Below are positions 1-6,032 of a DNA stretch of 32,000 nucleotides, piece after piece. The stretch comes from Aliivibrio fischeri ES114. GTDB lineage: Bacteria; Pseudomonadota; Gammaproteobacteria; Enterobacterales; Vibrionaceae. A program made the position numbers and the translations under genes. The notes under the pieces were generated by a model. It ran no database searches, had not been told where the DNA came from, and saw only the letters and a list, made by a program, of their open reading frames with translations. Location of the stretch: the NCBI RefSeq assembly GCF_000011805.1, contig NC_006841.2. One strand, given 5' to 3'. How positions within the stretch are numbered: position 1 is the first letter of the stretch; each line of letters opens with the position of its first letter.

Positions 1-549
1 CCAGAGTTTTGTTTGAAACTTTTCAGGATCTATTGTACTTACCATTTCATCTTTACAAATGACTAAGTGATGTGGAAGTACCGAGTCTTGAGCGTCTAAA
101 GGAATAGCTCGATCTAACTGAATGCGAGTAATATTGGTTAATACAACGCCATACCCATAAGGAAGACACAAGTTACCTTTATATTTCCCATCTTGATTTA
201 TAAGTAAGTTATCTCGTTTTAGTTTATCTATGACTTGATAACTACATTGACGTACTTGCTCAATAGGATTACTTGTTGTTTCAATGCCTTTTGATGTTAG
301 TAATTCGACACGAGACGCATCTATATTTCTGATAGTATCAAGTTTCCAATCTTTTACTTCAAGAAATAGTAACCCACGTGCGGGATGTAAGATAATGAAA
401 TCAGGGTAACGTCGTTGGCGTCCAACAGGGATGTCATACCAACATATGTAATCATCCTCTAATAAGTTTTCAACACGTTGCGCGAAACGTTTTTCTCCTG
501 CCGTCATTTTAGATAAACAGGTATTTAATGTTGGTATTAGTTCAGCCAT
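1..549 (-). CDS. NERD-domain protein, N-terminal 183 codons (gene continues beyond the window start; relatives are usually NERD + SF1 helicase fusions)
   Basis: Hand translation of the minus strand from ATG at 549 gives 183 codons with no stop: MAELIPTLNTCLSKMTAGEKRFAQRVENLLEDDYICWYDIPVGRQRRYPDFIILHPARGLLFLEVKDWKLDTI... The YPDF...LEVKDWK core is the PD-(D/E)xK-like NERD signature. It is absent from the ORF track because the window edge truncates it. Confidence 0.6.
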   Translation of the reverse strand, partial: MAELIPTLNTCLSKMTAGEKRFAQRVENLLEDDYICWYDIPVGRQRRYPDFIILHPARGLLFLEVKDWKLDTIRNIDASRVELLTSKGIETTSNPIEQVRQCSYQVIDKLKRDNLLINQDGKYKGNLCLPYGYGVVLTNITRIQLDRAIPLDAQDSVLPHHLVICKDEMVSTIDPEKFQTKLW

Positions 550-819
550 TTATTTGTACTACTAAGGCAATAATCTTACAATTATAAGCTTTTGTCCTAT
601 TTTAAATCGTGATCTATAACAAAATTATATAACGACTTGATAAGTATGGATTTATTTAGTTTAGATTAACTTGTTTGTTAAAGATTAAGCTATGGAATAC
701 ATTAATGGTATTTTTATAAAATCGAAATACTAAAAATGTCACTTATATCTCGTTTTTTATCATGCATCTAGATAAGATACTGATTATTAAAGTTTGATTT
801 GTATTTTTTAGGATGAAGT

Positions 820-1947
820 ATGTCTGTTGAGTATTATGTAGACAAGTTCCGTAACTTAAACATGAATAGTAATAAAGGGAGAAAGAGCCCACATAAAGTA
901 TGCATGTTACTTTCTGTTATGGACTTAATACAAGCGGGCTATATTTATAAAAATAGATTTCAACTTGATGCTACGTTAAAAGAACGTTTTACTCATTTCT
1001 TTAATGAGCGTAGGCATGAACAAGACCGAGATACTCCAGAGAATCCTTTTTTTCACCTTAAAAGTGAAGGTTTTTGGCATTTAGCTTATCAAGATGGTAT
1101 TGATGCTTCTCTTGTTAAAGGATACTCCGCTAAAGCTATTAATTATGCTTATTTGGATGATGAGCTATTTGATTACTTAAAAAGTATAATTGTTGTTAAT
1201 GATTTAAAAGATGCATTAGTTGAAAATTTATCTGATTTAACTGACCTTTACACTCAATGGTTGATTGATGTTGGGAAGTCAGAAAAAACTGCTAAAAATT
1301 ACTCTCAAGCGATTAGAGGTTCTATTTCAAATTGGATGATACAAGAGAATATTTTGGAAGAACCATTAACAAAAGTGAAGTCTTTTCGTGAGTTTTGTCG
1401 GCTATCTGAAACTGCTCGCTCTCTTGAGAAGTTTAAAAAGTTTAATGCAAACGGAAATCATATGTATAGCGCTGCATTAAATTCATATCAGCGCTTTTTA
1501 GCAGATTTATCGCAAGTTGATGTAAAAGCAGATATTCAAGAAATTTTTGAGGATAACAAACTTACCCAAACGGAAAAAACCATTATGGTTAATACTCGTA
1601 TGGGACAGGGGACATTTAGAAAGCAACTAATAGAAATGTGGAAAGGCTGCTCTGTTACTGGATATAAGAACACTCAGATGCTTGTTGCTTCTCATATAAA
1701 ACCATGGCGTGAAGCTAATAATACAGAACGTTTAGATAAATATAATGGACTACTGTTACTTGCTAATTTAGATAAAGCATTCGATCTTGGTTTTATCTCT
1801 TTTCAAAATTCAGGAAAATTAATGATATCGAGTCAATTGGAGGCTCCAGAGGTATTAGGGCTTAGAGATGATATGATCTTTAATGTTCACCGTGAGCATA
1901 AAAAGTATTTAGACCATCATCGTAAAATTTTATTCAAAGGTTTTTAG
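820..1947 (+). CDS. HNH endonuclease with a ScoMcrA-type sulfur-binding-domain-like N-terminus (candidate modification-dependent type IV restriction enzyme)
   Basis: 375-aa ORF with AGGA 7 nt upstream of the ATG. The N-terminus (SPHKVCMLLSVMDLIQAG...NPFFHLKSEGFWHL) matches the pattern I recall for SBD-like domains of phosphorothioate-dependent REases. The C-terminus (GQGTFRKQLIEMWKGCSVTG...ASHIKPW...NGLLLLANLDKAFDLGFISF) matches HNH_2 / COG3183-type nucleases. Confidence 0.6.
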   Translation: MSVEYYVDKFRNLNMNSNKGRKSPHKVCMLLSVMDLIQAGYIYKNRFQLDATLKERFTHFFNERRHEQDRDTPENPFFHLKSEGFWHLAYQDGIDASLVKGYSAKAINYAYLDDELFDYLKSIIVVNDLKDALVENLSDLTDLYTQWLIDVGKSEKTAKNYSQAIRGSISNWMIQENILEEPLTKVKSFREFCRLSETARSLEKFKKFNANGNHMYSAALNSYQRFLADLSQVDVKADIQEIFEDNKLTQTEKTIMVNTRMGQGTFRKQLIEMWKGCSVTGYKNTQMLVASHIKPWREANNTERLDKYNGLLLLANLDKAFDLGFISFQNSGKLMISSQLEAPEVLGLRDDMIFNVHREHKKYLDHHRKILFKGF

Positions 1948-2520
1948 TTTTATTAGAATTGCATTTAACCATTTTTCATTGGCACGATTAGGGCGCAAAT
2001 CTTCAGTTATCCATGTTTTTTTAATTGATAATTGAGACTTTTTAAGTAGGTCATTAAGTAAGGTTTCATTTAGATTTGTGAAACTACGACCATTACGCTC
2101 TACTTCACAGTCACCGTATTTGAATGAACAATAAAAAAGACCTTCTTGCTTTAAGAAATGAGCTAAATGATGAAATGTTTTTTCTAATTCATTCATAGGG
2201 ACATGAAGTAAAGATGCACATGCCCAAATCGCATCTTGGCTGGCTTTTTTTGTATTAAAATCCAAAAATGTAGAGTGTAAAATCGGATGCTGTGTGTATT
2301 GTTGTGCAAGAGTGATTAATTCTTCACTAGCATCGAAAGCCGTAACACGATAGTTTTTATTTAAGAAATATAAAGTATCTCGTCCTGAACCACATCCAAC
2401 ATCAAGGATTTTAGCGTGTGTAGGTAGGTAAGGAAGGAGTTCTTTGTAGAGAGATTCCACATTTACCTCAACTGTACCATTAAAAAAAGTAAGTGCATTT
2501 TCGTTATAATAATTAGTCAT
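1930..2520 (-). CDS. class I SAM-dependent methyltransferase (TehB-like small-molecule type)
   Basis: 196-aa ORF with SAM-binding motif I (ILDVGCGSGRDTLYF) and an acidic post-I residue (FDAS). It has no (D/N/S)PP(Y/F/W) motif and no C5-MTase PC/ENV motifs. Its 3' end overlaps the convergent HNH gene by 18 nt. Confidence 0.8.
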   Translation of the reverse strand: MTNYYNENALTFFNGTVEVNVESLYKELLPYLPTHAKILDVGCGSGRDTLYFLNKNYRVTAFDASEELITLAQQYTQHPILHSTFLDFNTKKASQDAIWACASLLHVPMNELEKTFHHLAHFLKQEGLFYCSFKYGDCEVERNGRSFTNLNETLLNDLLKKSQLSIKKTWITEDLRPNRANEKWLNAILIKLKTFE

Positions 2521-2571
2521 AGCTTTATTGTAAAAAAATAAGTTAGCACTAATTTATCATTATAAGTCCCA

Positions 2572-2674
2572 TCATTTCAGTCTTTTCTTGCTAATTGTCA
2601 CTGGTGTTTTTACCGTTAGTCTCAACTCACCATTGACGCATTCACGGGTGGGAATGGCGTGTCTATCTATATCG
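2572..2674 (-). pseudogene. orphan 3' fragment (33 codons + stop) of a diverged allele of the DUF900 hydrolase gene
   Basis: The minus-strand translation is DIDRHAIPTRECVNGELRLTVKTPVTISKKRLK*. The intact hydrolase C-terminus is DIDRHAIPTRECVNGELRLTVKTPVTINKKRLKG*. No upstream coding sequence or start codon remains; the fragment begins 12 nt after the stop of the 179-aa gene. Confidence 0.75.
2575..2674. repeat. 100-nt direct repeat, copy A (91/100 identical to 3416..3515, no indels)
   Basis: Hand alignment of tttcagtcttttcttgctaattgtcactggtg...ggaatggcgtgtctatctatatcg against copy B. Similarity stops abruptly at both ends. Confidence 0.9.
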
Positions 2675-2686
2675 TTTTTCGTTGCA

Positions 2687-3226
2687 CTAAGAGTACCATG
2701 CTGTAATTGGAGTGAAGGTAACGCCTTTTAGATTAAGTTTTGATAATAGATGAACAATGGATTCATGTACCACGGTTACCGGACTATGACCTATTTTAAA
2801 TATAAGTCTGTCGTTGAGTGCGATAGTATGCAATTCATTAGAAAGCGATAAGCGGCGAATATTTTTTATATTCCCTCTTTTAATGGTAGCTTTTGATTTA
2901 TTTTCATCGATAAGGGATATGAAATTGATCACTTTTAATAAATAAAAATCGTTGTGAAGGCTTTCAATCTTAGCGGGTATAAGTTGAATATAGGGTAAGT
3001 TTAACGATGATAATACATGGTATATCTTCTGGTTAATGAGTATTTTGGGTGAGTAATAAACATCAGGCACTAAAAAAGAGTCGCCAATGAGTGTTATTTT
3101 ATATTGGAGTTTACTATCAGGGTGAACTAATTTTCTTTTTATTTCAATAGTTTCTGTGTATTCATTTGTCGCACTAAGTAAGCCGAATTGGCAATCTTCA
3201 CACCAAACATAATATTCGTTATTCAT
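2687..3226 (-). CDS. 179-aa cytoplasmic protein, Imm11/DUF1629-like (candidate immunity protein)
   Basis: The ORF lies directly downstream of the hydrolase on the same strand. It shows the pattern I recall for Imm11 (PF07791): N-terminal EYYVW, FYLLKVINFISLIDENKS, RLIFKI, and C-terminal LKGVTFTPI. It has no signal peptide or lipobox. The family call is unverified. Confidence 0.55.
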   Translation of the reverse strand: MNNEYYVWCEDCQFGLLSATNEYTETIEIKRKLVHPDSKLQYKITLIGDSFLVPDVYYSPKILINQKIYHVLSSLNLPYIQLIPAKIESLHNDFYLLKVINFISLIDENKSKATIKRGNIKNIRRLSLSNELHTIALNDRLIFKIGHSPVTVVHESIVHLLSKLNLKGVTFTPITAWYS

Positions 3227-3409
3227 TATTTCTTTACTCTAATACTTCGATGGTGAACGTTTAATAGGTATGTCTTTATTTTCATTACGTTATGCTTAGA
3301 GTATGTCATGAATTATGGGGTGGTGTTAAGTTAATTTAATGGCGGCTTTTTATATGTGGTAATGCTCTACGCAGATAAATCACCGATTTTGTTTTCTTAT
3401 GCTTTGGTG

Positions 3410-4444
3410 TTAGCCTTTCAGCCTTTTCTTATTGATTGTCACCGGTGTTTTTACCGTTAGTCTCAATTCGCCATTTACGCATTCACGGGTGGGAATGGCG
3501 TGCCTATCTATATCGCCTTTTAAGGTGTGAGCCAAATCTTCCATAAAGTGATTACAGTGAAAGTGCCAAGAGTGGCTCCAATTGCCTATGGTTTTGTTTT
3601 CTTCTGGCTCTGTAAGCAGTTTCCAGTGATCTCCGCAGTGCACGTTAACAAGGTTTGATGGTGCATCGCTAGGTAGTCCAACACGTCCACAACGAGGGAA
3701 TAACCCTGCTCGCTTAATGTTAGAAATTTTTAATGCGTTGTCATAAGGGCTTTGGTAGTTAGTAATTCGGCTTGATTGAGCAAACATAGGTGCAGATTTA
3801 TTGTCACATTGAGTTAATGACTTCTGTGCAATATCTCCACCAATAAAGCAGATTTGACTCACGTTCCAGTGAATTCGCTGCAAAATTCGATTTTTACTTG
3901 CTTGATAAAATGCTTCTCTAATCACATAAGCCCCTGTTGAGTGGCCTAGTAAATGAATATCAATATCGCATTGGTTTTCTTTCTCGTGCAGTTGATTTAT
4001 TGCTAATGGGGTTATGCCACCTGTCACCAGTTGAATCGCACTTTTGTAGGCATCCATTCTGTCTTCTAAGTAATTTAATGTGTAGTTCGCACAAGGCCAA
4101 TCAAAACTCACCACTGTTCCTGTATACCCATGTTGTTTTAGCTGTTTCTCAAGCAGTTTATGGCGTGAAACGATTTCATCTTGGGTGTTGTTATAGCCAT
4201 GAGCAAAAAACAGAATATTGCCGGTTTTATATTGAGCTAGGGGATGAGTATCTGGGTGGCGTCCCGTTGTGGCTTGGTTGGTTAATGCAGTTACCCATGC
4301 ATCTTGTGGCAGTTGATGTTGGTTTAAATCAGGGCTGGTTGCTTCATCTGGCAGCATTAGATAATGAGCTTCACCTGGTTCATTGGTGTGCTTTTCATTT
4401 GGAAAAAATCCGATGCGTTTGCGAGTGCTTAATATGAAGATCAT
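3410..4444 (-). CDS. alpha/beta hydrolase, DUF900 (PF05990)-type esterase/lipase
   Basis: Motifs: MIFILSTRKR..., ILFFAHGYNN, SFDWPCANYTLNYLEDR, and the nucleophile elbow HLLGHSTGAYV (GxSxG). I place the start at ATG 4444 because AGGGA lies 6 nt upstream. The track ORF starts at an upstream TTG (4477). Confidence 0.8.
   Translation of the reverse strand: MIFILSTRKRIGFFPNEKHTNEPGEAHYLMLPDEATSPDLNQHQLPQDAWVTALTNQATTGRHPDTHPLAQYKTGNILFFAHGYNNTQDEIVSRHKLLEKQLKQHGYTGTVVSFDWPCANYTLNYLEDRMDAYKSAIQLVTGGITPLAINQLHEKENQCDIDIHLLGHSTGAYVIREAFYQASKNRILQRIHWNVSQICFIGGDIAQKSLTQCDNKSAPMFAQSSRITNYQSPYDNALKISNIKRAGLFPRCGRVGLPSDAPSNLVNVHCGDHWKLLTEPEENKTIGNWSHSWHFHCNHFMEDLAHTLKGDIDRHAIPTRECVNGELRLTVKTPVTINKKRLKG
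3416..3515. repeat. 100-nt direct repeat, copy B (inside the 3' end of the intact hydrolase gene)
   Basis: See copy A. This copy encodes the last 33 sense codons before ...G* of the hydrolase. Confidence 0.9.
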
Positions 4445-4818
4445 TTCATGTCCCTGAGATGCATTAATCGTAAGCAATAAGGATAGGATGAATGAATAAT
4501 TTGAGAAGTGAAAAGATACTGAGTTGCGGATGAGAGCTAAGTGATTATGTAAAGATATGTATAGATGTATCGATTTTAAGACCCTTACTGATACTTGTAT
4601 TTATTATCATATATATCAATAGGTTAATTTTATTCTCAGTTTGTGAATCTGGTGCATATGTTTGTATTGAATAGTTTCATTTTGTCATAAAAAAAGCTCA
4701 TAATAGATTTATAAAAATAAAAGAGTAGTACAACTCAAAAACACTCACAAAAATAAAAATGCAAATATATGCATTGTGAGGCTAGGCGACATTGGCTTAC
4801 ATAACACAGGGTAACAGT

Positions 4819-4941
4819 ATGTTCTATATAAGTGATCAAAGTTCATTTATGACGTTTATGGAAATTTTAATCTCGATTCTTATCGTCGTGATAATTCCAA
4901 TGGCTTTTCATACGTTGGGGATCTTAAGAAGAAAAGAGTAA
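4819..4941 (+). CDS. possible 40-aa small membrane peptide
   Basis: Hand-found ORF MFYISDQSSFMTFMEILISILIVVIIPMAFHTLGILRRKE*. It has one hydrophobic helix and a basic tail, with a weak SD (AGGG) about 9 nt upstream. It sits 58 nt upstream of the 315-aa gene on the same strand. It is below the track's size cutoff. Confidence 0.3.
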   Translation: MFYISDQSSFMTFMEILISILIVVIIPMAFHTLGILRRKE

Positions 4942-4999
4942 TCCAATTTCCGTTATCATGGGGTAGAATGCATTTTTCGAATGCGTTGTTGGATGCCCC

Positions 5000-5947
5000 A
5001 TGGTTAACTATTCTCTTATTGATGTCCCTTTTAATCTAAGACATACCTGCTGGTTTTGTGGCGAGCCTTCGTATGATCTTCTCTCTTTTCCTGCGTCTTC
5101 GCATCAAGTTCATCATATATTCCATCAACCAATTGAATTACCTGCCTGCAAAGAGTGTTTGTCATTTTCATCCTCTGGCGTGTTTGAGTCTATTTGGTCT
5201 TATCGAGATAAAGTAAAACATTCATTAATGAATAAGTACGCCAAGCATTTGGGTATTGGTTTGCAATGGACAAAAGAAGAACTTGAAGAGGCAGAGTTTC
5301 ATGGTGCGGTGCTTGAAGGCTTTGGAAAAAGCGCATGGCAAATGTATGAAATAGCAAAAGCACGGATTGATTATATTGGTTGGGAGCTGTGTGTTGATGG
5401 ATCTCCACTAGAAGGAGATGAGAGTTACGGATTTGAGTTTAATGGTGTGCGCTATTTAAGTGTTCAAGCGTGTATTGATCACCATGTTAAAGCTTTGTCA
5501 TTAGATAAAATATTACTAGAAACACTAGTTGAACTTGTCGGCTCTGAGCGATTTGCTTATGGATTACGTATTGCTGAGTTAAATCGTGATATCAGTAATA
5601 AAGAGCGAAATTCTATTATTGATGAGATCCAAAAGCAGGAGCAAGACAGAGTCGATATTCTAGAAGCTGCGCAATTTGAAAATGATGATGTTACCCTTCC
5701 ATTAGTTGCTGTTGTTATGTCAGAGGCGACAGCACAGCCTGAGGCGATAGAGTGGGCGATTGAACATCAATGTGCAGATTTAGAAACCTTGATTAATATG
5801 GAAGATGCCTTTTTTGATGCGTTTGAACATTTGGGTGGGCCTACAGCGTTTGCTCTGTTCGATGGATTACAGTGGTACTTAACGGCAAGACAAGATCCTA
5901 AATGGCGTGAAGAAAATGATCCAAATGATGAGTTTTGGAACGAATAA
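5000..5947 (+). CDS. hypothetical 315-aa protein with an N-terminal CxxC...CxxC zinc-ribbon-like motif and an acidic C-terminal half
   Basis: Long ORF followed by a strong terminator. It contains HTCWFCGEP...LPACKEC. I recognise no family. Confidence 0.65.
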   Translation: MVNYSLIDVPFNLRHTCWFCGEPSYDLLSFPASSHQVHHIFHQPIELPACKECLSFSSSGVFESIWSYRDKVKHSLMNKYAKHLGIGLQWTKEELEEAEFHGAVLEGFGKSAWQMYEIAKARIDYIGWELCVDGSPLEGDESYGFEFNGVRYLSVQACIDHHVKALSLDKILLETLVELVGSERFAYGLRIAELNRDISNKERNSIIDEIQKQEQDRVDILEAAQFENDDVTLPLVAVVMSEATAQPEAIEWAIEHQCADLETLINMEDAFFDAFEHLGGPTAFALFDGLQWYLTARQDPKWREENDPNDEFWNE

Positions 5948-5975
5948 AGTCGCTTTGAAATAGAATATTTAAAAT

Positions 5976-6016
5976 AAAAGCCTTGGTGGCATAAGTGGTC
6001 ACCAAGGCTTTTTTGA
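5976..6016. terminator. bidirectional rho-independent terminator between convergent genes
   Basis: aaaagccttggtg / caccaaggctttt stem (about 13 bp), flanked by an A-run upstream and a T-run downstream. Confidence 0.75.
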
Positions 6017-6032
6017 TATTTATTACAATAGA

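Noticed and set aside
820-2520. The HNH endonuclease plus adjacent methyltransferase could be a classical restriction-modification pair.
   Set aside because: The methyltransferase has only the generic SAM-binding fold. It lacks N6/N4 (D/N/S)PP(Y/F/W) and C5 (PC, ENV) DNA-MTase motifs and has no target-recognition domain. The HNH protein looks modification-dependent, and that type needs no cognate MTase.
2575-3515. The two ~100-nt repeats flanking a small ORF could be integron attC sites (Vibrio superintegron cassette).
   Set aside because: The repeats are direct copies of coding sequence, with differences concentrated at synonymous third-codon positions. They show no attC-like internal dyad symmetry and no RYYYAAC/GTTRRRY core sites. 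No intI gene or cassette array is present.
3937-4437. The 166-aa plus-strand ORF inside the hydrolase gene.
   Set aside because: It is an antisense shadow of a well-supported minus-strand gene, with a Cys/Leu-rich nonsense-like composition and no RBS.
4400-4444. KRIGFF near the hydrolase N-terminus could be a MIX (hRxGhhYhh) T6SS effector marker.
   Set aside because: It matches only RxGhh, the Tyr is missing, and the segment is the normal start of DUF900 domains.
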